This document shows positions 1 to 9,679 of a stretch of DNA of 64,000 nucleotides, piece after piece. Under the pieces are notes generated by a model. That model had not been told where the DNA came from, did no database searches, and was given only the letters and a program-made list of their open reading frames with translations. A program made the translations under genes and the position numbers. Each line of letters begins with the position of its first letter. Position 1 is the stretch's first letter. The stretch lies in the sequence record OP752703.1. One strand, written 5' to 3'.

Positions 1-42
1 TCGATCTGATAGCCTACGTTGGTATACAATTTTTGCAAATCG

Positions 43-600
43 TCATTCATTTTCTATTAGTTCCTCTAGATTTGTATAGTCAAATAGGAAGTCTTGAATT
101 TCCATTCTGACCTGTTCTTCATTTTCAAACGTAGGCATATCCTTCAACATTAGAAAATTGTTGTAGAACGAATACTTCATGTATGCGTATGTGTGATTAC
201 GTGTTGCCGGGGCTGACTTAATCTTGGTTCGGATTGCGTCAAAGTCACATGTTAGCTTTGTACCATCATTGATATATTCAATAGAAGCTAGCATGATTTC
301 AGGAATTTCCTCTTCTGAATTCGCCAGAAGAGAAAATTTAACCTTGAAAAAGTTACCTACAGCCGCATAAGCATACGTATCATAGTCAACGTAATCATGA
401 CCTCTTGTCGAGCGATTCATCACCTTATGGAAATTCATCACCTGACGGTTCAGCATAATAAGCGTACCGGGTTGATAATTTAAGATTGCGCAAAGCCTTT
501 CTGTTAACGTTGTCGCATCTTGGTAATCACTACCATGCATAGACTTGGTACTACCATGCATTCTATCATTTAGTGTGCAAAGTAGCTTACACTCGTCCAT
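43..600 (-). CDS. hypothetical protein, C-terminal DFLFD-motif family
   Basis: 185-aa ORF coupled to upstream ORF; C-term EQVRMEIQDFLFDYTNLE shared with next two genes. Confidence 0.75.
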   Translation of the reverse strand: MDECKLLCTLNDRMHGSTKSMHGSDYQDATTLTERLCAILNYQPGTLIMLNRQVMNFHKVMNRSTRGHDYVDYDTYAYAAVGNFFKVKFSLLANSEEEIPEIMLASIEYINDGTKLTCDFDAIRTKIKSAPATRNHTYAYMKYSFYNNFLMLKDMPTFENEEQVRMEIQDFLFDYTNLEELIENE

Positions 601-1130
601 TACCAGTTACTCTCAATGTCTGTGAAGTCGAATAGAATGTCTAGAAGAATGTCGATCTGCTCGGTGTTACCTTCGGGGCCAGCATCATCTGCTAGCTCTT
701 CGTGGGTGTCCACAAAATCACCAAATGATTGATTTGGATCGCCCTGTAGAATGTCTACGTTAGACTCTAGAGCAAAACTCTCAGAGAACTCAAACACCTT
801 ACCGTTAGTTTCTAGAGTCATTGAAGTGACTACCGCAGCAAATTTATGGGTACGGCGATTGTAACCTAGATTAACGTATAGGTTTAGACCGTCAACAACT
901 TCAATGGTTGTCTTGTTAAATTCTAGATCGACGGACTTGTTGGTACTACGGAAATCATATCCGTCTTCACCTTCGTCTTCATCCGGGCTGTCGCCCGCCA
1001 CTTCTTCTACGATTGAACGCAAGATGTTACGTGGGTGAAGACCCCATAGTGCTTCACGAATACCCGTTAGGGCGTCTAGACGACCGACCTGATCTAGATC
1101 GGATAGTAGTGATACTTTAATATTGCTCAT
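600..1130 (-). CDS. hypothetical protein, C-terminal DFLFD-motif family
   Basis: 176-aa ORF; C-term EQIDILLDILFDFTDIE. Confidence 0.75.
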   Translation of the reverse strand: MSNIKVSLLSDLDQVGRLDALTGIREALWGLHPRNILRSIVEEVAGDSPDEDEGEDGYDFRSTNKSVDLEFNKTTIEVVDGLNLYVNLGYNRRTHKFAAVVTSMTLETNGKVFEFSESFALESNVDILQGDPNQSFGDFVDTHEELADDAGPEGNTEQIDILLDILFDFTDIESNW

Positions 1131-1182
1131 AATTATCTGATTTTAATGTTAGAAGAGTGAGAGATTATACCGCAAGGACGCA

Positions 1183-1779
1183 TTAAGCGTCCATGTGGTC
1201 TGCTAGATCGGTGGTGTCTAGTAGGAAGTCAATCAGGATAGCGACGATCTGATCGTTCTCAGCTAGGGTTAGACCCTTGTACTGATCGAAGTTCGGATTT
1301 AGTTCATCGAATTCCTTCTGTTCGGTGTCTGACAGAGTAGTGGTTAGAGCATGGTTAGCATCCATTAGCTGCTTTACGTGATCGGCAGTACCGCAACGAA
1401 CTAGGTCCATCGGTAGCGGAAGTAGGAACTCCTGCTCGTCGTTCGGGCTTAGGGTAGCGTATAGGGTGATATCGTAAATCTTACGAGTACCACTCACTAG
1501 CATGCTGCTGCAACGTAGGTCGATTGCATCATGTGATACGCGGGTGTTAACACCATCGATCACTTCTTCACTGTCCGATAGGTGGACTAGACGCGGATGC
1601 TGGATGTAGGTGGTGTGTTCGTAGTGGTCAGCAATGAACTGCTTGAAGTTGTTGAAGAAGGTCGGGTGGGAAGTTACTAGCTGTGCGCCAATATCCGAGA
1701 AAGCTGCTAGGTATTCGTCCTGATCGACGGTTAGGTTTAGGGCGATCTTGGTCTTCTTCGGGGCAGTGTTGGTGGTCAT
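1183..1779 (-). CDS. hypothetical protein, C-terminal DFLFD-motif family
   Basis: 198-aa ORF, AAGGA RBS, strong CTA codon bias; C-term DQIVAILIDFLLDTTDL. Confidence 0.8.
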   Translation of the reverse strand: MTTNTAPKKTKIALNLTVDQDEYLAAFSDIGAQLVTSHPTFFNNFKQFIADHYEHTTYIQHPRLVHLSDSEEVIDGVNTRVSHDAIDLRCSSMLVSGTRKIYDITLYATLSPNDEQEFLLPLPMDLVRCGTADHVKQLMDANHALTTTLSDTEQKEFDELNPNFDQYKGLTLAENDQIVAILIDFLLDTTDLADHMDA

Positions 1780-1901
1780 ACGTTTAATTTCCTTTAGTGT
1801 GGTTTAGGTTGGTTTGTGTCGTTGCCGACTTGATGTGGAGAATGATACGGTGAATTATACTGCGTGTCAACTACTTGTTTTCTCTTAGATGAAAAAGATT
1901 T

Positions 1902-2417
1902 CTAAGATTGTGTTTCAACTTTCTCATGGAACAGATTCTTTAGGAAAGCCGCCTCTGGGCCATTTTGTGTTTGTGCAAATTGAGCCAGTTTTCGATAGGC
2001 CAGATTTTCTTTAAACCTACCCCATTCCCTTTGATAGTCATCATAGTCCTTCTGAGACGCTGATGAAGTTTGTCCTACTACAGTTGGAAGGTAGTTGGAT
2101 ATCTTGTTATAATCAGGGAGCGGGAGCGCCTTTTCAACATGGGAGATAGTATACCCTGCCATATCACGGGAATACAACTGGTTTTTAATTATTGCATCCA
2201 TCTTTTGGTACTGCTCACATCTGGTAGTAACGGCACCATAAGCCAATGCGAGTGCAAACTTATGATTGGTATTGGTGAGAGTGGACGGCTCTCCATACCT
2301 AGCGGCATGGGTTACTCCATCATCTGTGATTGGCCCTTGTGTTTCTTCGGTGGACTCGATCATATCCAAAATCATGGCAGATTTCAAGTCCAGTGCTGCG
2401 GGTAAATTATTGGTCAT
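1902..2417 (-). CDS. hypothetical protein
   Basis: Start moved to MTNNLP (AGGAG RBS); TAG stop. Confidence 0.7.
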   Translation of the reverse strand: MTNNLPAALDLKSAMILDMIESTEETQGPITDDGVTHAARYGEPSTLTNTNHKFALALAYGAVTTRCEQYQKMDAIIKNQLYSRDMAGYTISHVEKALPLPDYNKISNYLPTVVGQTSSASQKDYDDYQREWGRFKENLAYRKLAQFAQTQNGPEAAFLKNLFHEKVETQS

Positions 2418-2589
2418 TGTGTTAAACTCCTGTGTGTGCATATCTATTACATAAAATTCTGCGCGAGCAAGTCGCACAGACCGACTCAGATTCCAGACGG
2501 AATCAATCGCCGGTAGGGGAGTTGTTTTATAAAAGATATAATCTAATACCATACAAAACCATTGTAAAATCTTAACAGAAAAACTCTGG

Positions 2590-2620
2590 TTGTCAAGAAG
2601 AAGGTGAATCAGGTACAATC
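2590..2620 (+). promoter_or_regulatory. overlapping divergent sigma70-like promoters sharing the TTGTCAA heptamer
   Basis: + strand TTGTCA-18-TACAAT ahead of the array; - strand TTGACA-16-TAAGAT. Confidence 0.45.
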
Positions 2621-2625
2621 CAGCA

Positions 2626-2931
2626 ATGACCCTATACTACAGATACCCCGTAGGATTGATTGATCCTATCGACTATGAAGACCCACCCATCGCTCTCACG
2701 CCTGAATACAGCACTAAGATGGCAACACACGCCCATATGAGCATTGGTATGCATATGGAGGATTTGTTTAAGAAGTACCGCCCTGATGCTGTGCATAGAA
2801 GGCACAAGTACCATAAGCTGATGTTCATGAATGTGGAATACAACATGATCCCAGCCAAGTACGAAGTCAGGCATGCAGGAAATGGTGTAACACGAACCAA
2901 TTATTTCACCATGGACTTTACCACTATATGA
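2626..2931 (+). CDS. small protein, KxxhxxY[DE]F tandem family (1)
   Basis: Degenerate motif KLMFMNVEY; ATGA-coupled to next gene. Confidence 0.7.
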   Translation: MTLYYRYPVGLIDPIDYEDPPIALTPEYSTKMATHAHMSIGMHMEDLFKKYRPDAVHRRHKYHKLMFMNVEYNMIPAKYEVRHAGNGVTRTNYFTMDFTTI

Positions 2932-3179
2932 GCGATTACAGCATTGAAAAACGCAGACGTTTCCATGCCAGACCCTTAAATGATTGGATTTATGATTTCA
3001 GAACAGGGAAGAAAATTTGTGACGCCATTGTTCACGATCTAAATGAAATCTTAAATGCAAATCGTCATTCCATCAAGAAGAACTTGATCTTTATGTATGA
3101 ATTTGGGTTGACTCATACACCCATGGGACCGTATACTTACGGGACTAATAACCAATATATTACTGTCGAACTGAAATGA
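2928..3179 (+). CDS. small protein, KxxhxxY[DE]F tandem family (2)
   Basis: KNLIFMYEF; ATGA overlap. Confidence 0.75.
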   Translation: MSDYSIEKRRRFHARPLNDWIYDFRTGKKICDAIVHDLNEILNANRHSIKKNLIFMYEFGLTHTPMGPYTYGTNNQYITVELK

Positions 3180-3469
3180 AACCCCAACTACCTTCACTGT
3201 ATTCATTCATATCCAACATCAGTAGAGAATACGGTGATGGTCGAGAGCTAATGGTATCGCTGTCCGTCTATCTAAGACAGGACTACACGAAAAAGATCAC
3301 CATGTTCAGTCCACGTAATCGAATCGAGTTCAAATACTTCATGTACTTCTATGATATGGGAGGCGTGAAAGAAGACACCGATTGTGATTTCGATGGTTTT
3401 TACATTGACTATGAGATTTCCGCACGAAGGACCACTAAGAGTCTGAACATGCAACGATTTGGACATTGA
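3176..3469 (+). CDS. small protein, KxxhxxY[DE]F tandem family (3)
   Basis: KYFMYFYDM; ATGA overlap. Confidence 0.75.
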   Translation: MKPQLPSLYSFISNISREYGDGRELMVSLSVYLRQDYTKKITMFSPRNRIEFKYFMYFYDMGGVKEDTDCDFDGFYIDYEISARRTTKSLNMQRFGH

Positions 3470-3472
3470 GCT

Positions 3473-3739
3473 ATGAATAAGGGAAATACTGTAAGAACTT
3501 GGAGTGTTGGAGTAAAGATCGCCCACATATTCCATAGGAATTCGGATTTAGATTTTACTCACATGCCCCGATTCCGTTCATATAAAATAGAAATGGATTC
3601 TTATACTACAGAACCGGAAATCTACTATAGGCATATCGTTCATGGCTTAAAACAATATCATCGTAATTACGATTTCGATTCATACATGGAACCGGAATAT
3701 GCAAATTATGAAGAGTATGCAGAGGTAGCATATCCATGA
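3473..3739 (+). CDS. small protein, KxxhxxY[DE]F tandem family (4)
   Basis: KQYHRNYDF. Confidence 0.75.
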   Translation: MNKGNTVRTWSVGVKIAHIFHRNSDLDFTHMPRFRSYKIEMDSYTTEPEIYYRHIVHGLKQYHRNYDFDSYMEPEYANYEEYAEVAYP

Positions 3740-3951
3740 ATATGTTGTTCCATACTGTTCTTCCGAATAAAAACATTGGTATCATACCAACCATCTATAT
3801 TCAAAAATTGAAACCAAGTCACTATAACCGTTCTACTATAGATAATAAGTTTGCAAAACTGTGCATATTCGTATACGAACATATGAATCATAAATCACCG
3901 ATAATTATCGATGACAAGCATGTAACATCGTTATTTTACAAGGAATACTGA
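3736..3951 (+). CDS. small protein, KxxhxxY[DE]F tandem family (5)
   Basis: KLCIFVYEH; ATGA overlap. Confidence 0.7.
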   Translation: MNMLFHTVLPNKNIGIIPTIYIQKLKPSHYNRSTIDNKFAKLCIFVYEHMNHKSPIIIDDKHVTSLFYKEY

Positions 3952-4185
3952 ATGCAGCATATAGTAAGTATATCACTTAAGGCCGGAAATTCTAAAAACG
4001 GAATTCCATTAGATTGGGATCGCTTCCCTGTGGTATATCTAGTAAATCATATTGTAGTTAAAGAAGGGTGTGACTACTTTCAAGTAATGAGTAATCAGTA
4101 TAAAAATTACATGATTCTGTATGAATTCAGAGATTTTTTATTGGATGATGTTGTAATTGATTCTAAATCTTTAAGGTATATGTAA
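3952..4185 (+). CDS. small protein, KxxhxxY[DE]F tandem family (6)
   Basis: KNYMILYEF; abuts previous stop. Confidence 0.75.
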   Translation: MQHIVSISLKAGNSKNGIPLDWDRFPVVYLVNHIVVKEGCDYFQVMSNQYKNYMILYEFRDFLLDDVVIDSKSLRYM

Positions 4186-4431
4186 ATGCATTTCTATAGA
4201 TTTGATAGAGCAAAGCCTAAAAAGTTATGCTCAACTGATATTTCTAAGGGCTTTGAATGCCCAAGGTTCATTACTGCGGCAGAGTTATATTATGGACAAA
4301 GATTTACGTCTTTCTCACTGATGACCTTTAAAAATAATATGATGATAACAGACTTCATGACTTATACCGATATCGTATTTAAAGATAATGTCGGTCCCTT
4401 AAAGCTGTTCGTAGTAGAGTACACAATATAA
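4186..4431 (+). CDS. small protein, KxxhxxY[DE]F tandem family (7)
   Basis: KNNMMITDF. Confidence 0.7.
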   Translation: MHFYRFDRAKPKKLCSTDISKGFECPRFITAAELYYGQRFTSFSLMTFKNNMMITDFMTYTDIVFKDNVGPLKLFVVEYTI

Positions 4432-4721
4432 TGAGCTTTATATCTTATTTTCGTAGTAGAAAGTTGAAGCCAAAGCACCCCGATAATCTACATTTCATAA
4501 TTACTATTCATTTTGGGATGTGGGATTGTGATTCTTTGGAAGTTGCAAACCATAGGATATTGGCTTGGACGGTTAAACATTCAATACTAAAATATGATTT
4601 TCAGATGTTTGATGAAATTAAATTCGGGGAGCTTACTGATAAACATCCAGCACCATATCCATTTGCTTATAATTCGGATCAAGGTAAATGGAAGATGATA
4701 ATATCATATCAAGGATTATAA
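4431..4721 (+). CDS. small protein, KxxhxxY[DE]F tandem family (8)
   Basis: KHSILKYDF; TAATG overlap. Confidence 0.75.
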   Translation: MSFISYFRSRKLKPKHPDNLHFIITIHFGMWDCDSLEVANHRILAWTVKHSILKYDFQMFDEIKFGELTDKHPAPYPFAYNSDQGKWKMIISYQGL

Positions 4722-4975
4722 TGAAGGCACAAATAGATTTAACAACAACGAGTGTTTATTTCGATGTTAAAACGAGGAATATTGAATTTCGAACTATGCC
4801 TGAATGGATATGTTGGAATGGAGAACCACGACCTCATGCGAATTTGAGAATAAAGGATTGGCAAGCTAAAGATTATCTTAGATTGTATGACTTTCAAGCA
4901 TATGATGTTAATACAGTATTCCAATATAATTCGGACTTCGACGAATCCACTCGATTCAATTTTAACCCATTATGA
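4721..4975 (+). CDS. small protein, KxxhxxY[DE]F tandem family (9)
   Basis: KDYLRLYDF; start moved to TAATG overlap. Confidence 0.75.
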   Translation: MKAQIDLTTTSVYFDVKTRNIEFRTMPEWICWNGEPRPHANLRIKDWQAKDYLRLYDFQAYDVNTVFQYNSDFDESTRFNFNPL

Positions 4976-5235
4976 GTATTTTAAACGTTTATAGATGGCC
5001 GTACTATAATGGTTCGGACTACTGTGAATCTATTCTGTATCATGAATCCCAAAAAGATTCCGCTGGCCGTCTGGCGGATGCATTATACCTCGCAGCGCCC
5101 TACAGTCATGCTATAATCCGAAAGAACAAGCATTATTTGATGGCGTATGATTTCCAAGACTGTCTACGCATCTATACTTTGAATCAGGTTAATGAAATGT
5201 TGACGGTGATATCAGTTAGAGGCTATGGTAAATGA
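4972..5235 (+). CDS. small protein, KxxhxxY[DE]F tandem family (10)
   Basis: KHYLMAYDF. Confidence 0.75.
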   Translation: MSILNVYRWPYYNGSDYCESILYHESQKDSAGRLADALYLAAPYSHAIIRKNKHYLMAYDFQDCLRIYTLNQVNEMLTVISVRGYGK

Positions 5236-5471
5236 AAAACATACCAGCGTACAGTAGAGAAATGGATAGTATTGTCTTCCGAATGACAAATAAACTTACT
5301 AGAGGACCATTCCTCAACATGGTCGAGGAACACAAATTCTCAAGAGATAGTATTTTAAGAAGAAAAGAACACATGCTATTGTATGAATTCGGCGACTTGG
5401 GAGTTAAGAGTCAGTCTACGACCCCGGATTTCACATTTATTCGATACAAAAGTTTGAGGAATGATCGATGA
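5232..5471 (+). CDS. small protein, KxxhxxY[DE]F tandem family (11)
   Basis: KEHMLLYEF. Confidence 0.75.
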   Translation: MKNIPAYSREMDSIVFRMTNKLTRGPFLNMVEEHKFSRDSILRRKEHMLLYEFGDLGVKSQSTTPDFTFIRYKSLRNDR

Positions 5472-5716
5472 TAGAAAAGCCAACTAACAAATATTACATG
5501 TTTAGTAAAGGTGGTCACCAGAATTTCCTTTCACTTTTCATATTTAAGGAAGGCGGATTAAAGTTATACGCTAACACTATACATAAACCCTCACCAATTA
5601 CGGTTAAAGCGCAGAAATTAGGACTGTATTACATGGAATACGGGGAATATCTGTTTGAATTAATTGAACAAGAATCACCATATTACATTCAAATGCAGTA
5701 TACATTTAAAAAGTAA
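5468..5716 (+). CDS. small protein, KxxhxxY[DE]F tandem family (12)
   Basis: KLGLYYMEY. Confidence 0.7.
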   Translation: MIEKPTNKYYMFSKGGHQNFLSLFIFKEGGLKLYANTIHKPSPITVKAQKLGLYYMEYGEYLFELIEQESPYYIQMQYTFKK

Positions 5717-5722
5717 ACCACT

Positions 5723-5941
5723 ATGCCAGTAATGAAACGCCTACATTTTATAACACTTAATGGTGTAGCTCTAAAATTACCATTAATTAGATTCGCTCAC
5801 CATTCAGATATTGATTTTGCTACTCCATTTCGCGCAAAACAAGCCAAACAATTCCATCTTTTATACGATTTCATAGACTGCGATAATCATAAATTGTATT
5901 CATTTACCAAATCGGATATATTATACGGACCAGAGAAATGA
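5723..5941 (+). CDS. small protein, KxxhxxY[DE]F tandem family (13)
   Basis: KQFHLLYDF. Confidence 0.75.
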   Translation: MPVMKRLHFITLNGVALKLPLIRFAHHSDIDFATPFRAKQAKQFHLLYDFIDCDNHKLYSFTKSDILYGPEK

Positions 5942-6183
5942 TTTCATTCTATGAAATGTATGAAATTAACCCCAGCGGTTATAGGGAAACGAGTTATTAT
6001 CTTCTTTCTAAGAAAGGTAAAGAGCAATACGGACAATATTTAATGGTTCAGAGAAGATTAGCGCACACAATTCTTCATGAATCTAAGTTAGCTCTATTTC
6101 ATTATGAAGTTTCTGACTCTGTTGAGATATACATTCTAGGGGTGTGCGAAGAATACACTTCAATTGCGATGAGATTCCAATGA
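5938..6183 (+). CDS. small protein, KxxhxxY[DE]F tandem family (14)
   Basis: KLALFHYEV. Confidence 0.7.
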   Translation: MISFYEMYEINPSGYRETSYYLLSKKGKEQYGQYLMVQRRLAHTILHESKLALFHYEVSDSVEIYILGVCEEYTSIAMRFQ

Positions 6184-6449
6184 AAAGCATTCCAGTTTTA
6201 TATACAAAATCTGTCGATTGGGGTGATCCAAAATGGTCGGACCCAATTGGATTCTATGAATGGGTTTATTATATGTCTAAACCTACAGATTTCATACATT
6301 CTGACAGAAAATTCAAAAGAACATTTCTATATCAATATGATTTCGGTTTTATAGAGGCCCAAGAGCATATTCGAGACTGTGAAGCATATCTAGATCAGAC
6401 ATACACCGAAAGGGTTAGATACTTAGCACTAGGATACACGCCATTATGA
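6180..6449 (+). CDS. small protein, KxxhxxY[DE]F tandem family (15)
   Basis: RTFLYQYDF; start moved to ATGA overlap. Confidence 0.75.
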   Translation: MKSIPVLYTKSVDWGDPKWSDPIGFYEWVYYMSKPTDFIHSDRKFKRTFLYQYDFGFIEAQEHIRDCEAYLDQTYTERVRYLALGYTPL

Positions 6450-6721
6450 CACGATTAGTTTACGGACTTCGCGTGGCAGTGAAGACTACTCCACATGTAT
6501 GCAAAATAACCAACCTTAGTAAGCTTCCTAGATTGTGGATATCTATATCTAAGACGCCCACTAATGTATTACCAGAACACTTTCCACAATCACATGCAAG
6601 TCAATCCACTATTGCAAAACTGCACCTTTTGTACTATGATTATACTTACGATGATTTTGTTTTAACACATGTCTATGAATCAGATTCACGATATTACGGG
6701 TACACATATTTGTATGAATAA
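6446..6721 (+). CDS. small protein, KxxhxxY[DE]F tandem family (16)
   Basis: KLHLLYYDY. Confidence 0.75.
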   Translation: MTRLVYGLRVAVKTTPHVCKITNLSKLPRLWISISKTPTNVLPEHFPQSHASQSTIAKLHLLYYDYTYDDFVLTHVYESDSRYYGYTYLYE

Positions 6722-6723
6722 TT

Positions 6724-6963
6724 ATGAGAAATGATGGCATTGTAGAGGAAGAATCACTTCTGTTCATCTACTTCTACTCAAAGGGTATGAGGGAAGATCG
6801 CAAGCTTGATATCTACAACACAGTCCAGACCCCATATTGTATTCAGATGCGTAAGCAATTCTATTACTACTACGATTTCCTACAAGTTACTAAGATTGAA
6901 TCCATGTATGAATGTGATGAATTCTTTAACATTGACCTATATTATGGGGATAAGCTACAATGA
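6724..6963 (+). CDS. small protein, KxxhxxY[DE]F tandem family (17)
   Basis: KQFYYYYDF. Confidence 0.75.
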   Translation: MRNDGIVEEESLLFIYFYSKGMREDRKLDIYNTVQTPYCIQMRKQFYYYYDFLQVTKIESMYECDEFFNIDLYYGDKLQ

Positions 6964-7202
6964 CAATACTGTATGGATTCGATACTAATAATATAGAAAG
7001 CAAAACCTGTTACTTGTATGTCGTAACAAAGGAACAAGAAAAACATCATGGTGGACTAATCGAGTATATGACATTTTATCCAGAGACAGCCATGGCTAGG
7101 AAGAATCACTTTGCTTACTACGATTTTTTATATAGAAATAAGATATTAGCGTTTCTTCCTAACGACAATAATCTATTATACATTTATTATGAAGCAGTCT
7201 AA
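6960..7202 (+). CDS. small protein, KxxhxxY[DE]F tandem family (18)
   Basis: KNHFAYYDF. Confidence 0.75.
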   Translation: MTILYGFDTNNIESKTCYLYVVTKEQEKHHGGLIEYMTFYPETAMARKNHFAYYDFLYRNKILAFLPNDNNLLYIYYEAV

Positions 7203-7446
7203 CATTTGCCGCGCAGGCGTTCAGAATCAGTTCAATAAGGCAAGTCTGTCAACGGTAAAGCTGGCCTATTTTGTAACCTATCATATTGTTACCGACCCTC
7301 CGACATTCAATCCATATGTGGAGGTTCCCGGTTGCAATATTGACGATCTAAAGCGTTATCTGCTATATTACGAATTCATTCCCCGCAATACGTACTTCTA
7401 TCATGACAAGAGTACGGGAGGATATATGGTGTCTTATGAGGAATAA
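7189..7446 (+). CDS. small protein, KxxhxxY[DE]F tandem family (19)
   Basis: KRYLLYYEF. Confidence 0.75.
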   Translation: MKQSNICRAGVQNQFNKASLSTVKLAYFVTYHIVTDPPTFNPYVEVPGCNIDDLKRYLLYYEFIPRNTYFYHDKSTGGYMVSYEE

Positions 7447-7687
7447 TGAATACCTGATCTATCCTCCGTTGAATTTGATGTTCTGTACCTTCACGTCAAA
7501 GTTTACAGCGCAGAAGCCCCATTCAAGTCGCATGAAGGTGTTCATGATGCGCTATGAGTTTCTGTTAGAGACATATAAGCGAATCATTAATCTAGTAGAG
7601 AAAGACCCCCGGACAGCCTTATGCCATTGTCGATTACATGTACCAAGATTGAACAATTATCCTATGCATCTTCCCATAAAGATGTAA
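7436..7687 (+). CDS. small protein, KxxhxxY[DE]F tandem family (20)
   Basis: KVFMMRYEF; 3' end overlaps next gene by 67 nt. Confidence 0.65.
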   Translation: MRNNEYLIYPPLNLMFCTFTSKFTAQKPHSSRMKVFMMRYEFLLETYKRIINLVEKDPRTALCHCRLHVPRLNNYPMHLPIKM

Positions 7688-7857
7688 CATTTGTGGCCTA
7701 CGAGACTCCTATTCCGGTATCAAATAATGGGAAAGTGAGAAATTTAAAAGCTAGAAAGTATTACATGGCTCATTATGAATTTCTCATGGGTGAATTTGAA
7801 ATTGTCCATACCCCTAAAAAAGAATACTACATCATAGACTACCTATATGGACTATAA
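7621..7857 (+). CDS. small protein, KxxhxxY[DE]F tandem family (21)
   Basis: KYYMAHYEF. Confidence 0.7.
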   Translation: MPLSITCTKIEQLSYASSHKDVTFVAYETPIPVSNNGKVRNLKARKYYMAHYEFLMGEFEIVHTPKKEYYIIDYLYGL

Positions 7858-8056
7858 TTATTACTTATATCGCTCTGGCGGTGCCGATGTAGCCTTCATG
7901 ACCTCTAGTTATGGCTACACAATTGATGACATAGAAACTTATACACGCACTGTAAAGTATTACATGGCCCGATATGACCTCTTATTTGATATCAATAACG
8001 TCAAATTCTACCCCTCGCATGACTATTGTATGGTAGACTATACCTATGAAGAATAG
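7847..8056 (+). CDS. small protein, KxxhxxY[DE]F tandem family (22)
   Basis: KYYMARYDL. Confidence 0.75.
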   Translation: MDYNYYLYRSGGADVAFMTSSYGYTIDDIETYTRTVKYYMARYDLLFDINNVKFYPSHDYCMVDYTYEE

Positions 8057-8297
8057 TTTCGGTGCATACACTTACTTTGAAAAGGACAATCTACACCTAG
8101 ACTCCTACTTTGTTACCCGTAGTCAGGAAGACGCTTATAAGATGGATTACAAGGTCGCCCATAAGCAAGAAGCCAAAATCTATCTGGCCCGCTATGATCT
8201 AATCTTCGAAGCATATCACGTTAACTTTGTCAACGTTACCAACTTCATCAACGATCCATACCGTATGATTGAGTACCAACATGCCCCACCCGAATGA
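8046..8297 (+). CDS. small protein, KxxhxxY[DE]F tandem family (23)
   Basis: KIYLARYDL. Confidence 0.75.
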   Translation: MKNSFGAYTYFEKDNLHLDSYFVTRSQEDAYKMDYKVAHKQEAKIYLARYDLIFEAYHVNFVNVTNFINDPYRMIEYQHAPPE

Positions 8298-8526
8298 CAC
8301 TGACAATGAAGATTATGTATCTGTGAACGTTCCGAGCAGAAACAGCGCTGGAGTTTATGGATCGGTGATCTACTTTGTTTCATACAGATTCAAGAAGGCA
8401 GACCGCCATCTTAGAAACATATCCTCCCGAAAACACTACCTCAATATCTATGATTTCATTGATAAAGATGGGGAAATAAACTACCACGACGAAGGCGCAT
8501 TATCTATGGTAGAATATAAAACATGA
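8269..8526 (+). CDS. small protein, KxxhxxY[DE]F tandem family (24)
   Basis: KHYLNIYDF. Confidence 0.75.
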   Translation: MSTNMPHPNDTDNEDYVSVNVPSRNSAGVYGSVIYFVSYRFKKADRHLRNISSRKHYLNIYDFIDKDGEINYHDEGALSMVEYKT

Positions 8527-8762
8527 AGATTCCAACCCAACAAGTCGCAACCTATATGTCCTCGTTAATTAATATGAACGGGGACGTTGTTTCATTGGAA
8601 TTCTACAACTATGAGCTAAATGAAGACGATGAATACGACTTCCCTACAGAACATGACGAATCTAAAGATTTCCTCAGACTGTATGACTTCATGGGCCATG
8701 TAATGCGACTTACATTCGTTAGAACCTACCGAAGAGCCGTGGGAATTGAGTACGACCTATGA
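8523..8762 (+). CDS. small protein, KxxhxxY[DE]F tandem family (25)
   Basis: KDFLRLYDF; C-term GIEYDL. Confidence 0.8.
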   Translation: MKIPTQQVATYMSSLINMNGDVVSLEFYNYELNEDDEYDFPTEHDESKDFLRLYDFMGHVMRLTFVRTYRRAVGIEYDL

Positions 8763-9004
8763 CAGAAATCAATAGAAACTTCTACTACTGGTATACGCCC
8801 CAAAACTATAACCATTCCACAACGGCCACTATCGGCGTTGGAATGATTAGCTACCGTATATCTAAACACAACACGTTTGCATTCGACATTAGCCCTAAAG
8901 ATATAAAAACCTACCATCGAATCTATGACTTCTGTTTCGACCAAGCCACCATTAGAGTCAATCTAATGAAAGCTAATGGAACCAGAATCGAGTACGAACT
9001 ATGA
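8759..9004 (+). CDS. small protein, KxxhxxY[DE]F tandem family (26)
   Basis: KTYHRIYDF; C-term RIEYEL. Confidence 0.8.
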   Translation: MTEINRNFYYWYTPQNYNHSTTATIGVGMISYRISKHNTFAFDISPKDIKTYHRIYDFCFDQATIRVNLMKANGTRIEYEL

Positions 9005-9213
9005 TTTTATTTACAATCCGCTATGCCTACTCCTACTGCGAAACTAAAGGCATCGGCTACCTAAACTATAATAGTGCGTCGGATAATGAATATGACTTCG
9101 ATGCCTATGAACAGAAACTCTACCTGCAAAGGTATGACTTCCTAGTAGACCAAATGAGGCGTGAGTGCTATGATAAGCCCTATAAGGCAGTAAGAATTGA
9201 GTATGAGATATGA
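9001..9213 (+). CDS. small protein, KxxhxxY[DE]F tandem family (27)
   Basis: KLYLQRYDF; C-term AVRIEYEI. Confidence 0.8.
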   Translation: MILFTIRYAYSYCETKGIGYLNYNSASDNEYDFDAYEQKLYLQRYDFLVDQMRRECYDKPYKAVRIEYEI

Positions 9214-9431
9214 CCTACAGACACACCTATTCCTTTGAGTATGAATCACAAGTCGGCTTCATTATTGGAGCGGGCTTCGTATGCTGTCCAGTCAGTCAGT
9301 ATAGCGGTGAAGACAACTCCCCCTTTAATCTAAAGCTGTATCTCAACCGATACGACTTCCTAGAAACCGAAGAGTCTGCTTCATTCTTCTATCAAGCATA
9401 TGGTGCAGTCAAAATCGAGTACGAATTCTGA
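9210..9431 (+). CDS. small protein, KxxhxxY[DE]F tandem family (28)
   Basis: KLYLNRYDF; C-term AVKIEYEF. Confidence 0.8.
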   Translation: MTYRHTYSFEYESQVGFIIGAGFVCCPVSQYSGEDNSPFNLKLYLNRYDFLETEESASFFYQAYGAVKIEYEF

Positions 9432-9679
9432 TGCATAGACTCCAATACTCCTTCGAATACCAAACCGGCCATCGTTTTAAACCTTTTAACACCATTATCA
9501 ATGGTGCCTGTTATATGTGCTACCCTGATAATCTCACTAAAGATGAATCAGAAGAACTTAAAAAGCCATTAAGACATAAGATATATTTTCAACGATACGA
9601 CTTCCTAATGGATCAACAAATAAATCCCTTCTATTATGGATCATACAATCAAATCAAAATCGATTACGAATTCCAATGA
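9431..9679 (+). CDS. small protein, KxxhxxY[DE]F tandem family (29)
   Basis: KIYFQRYDF; C-term QIKIDYEF. Confidence 0.8.
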   Translation: MHRLQYSFEYQTGHRFKPFNTIINGACYMCYPDNLTKDESEELKKPLRHKIYFQRYDFLMDQQINPFYYGSYNQIKIDYEFQ

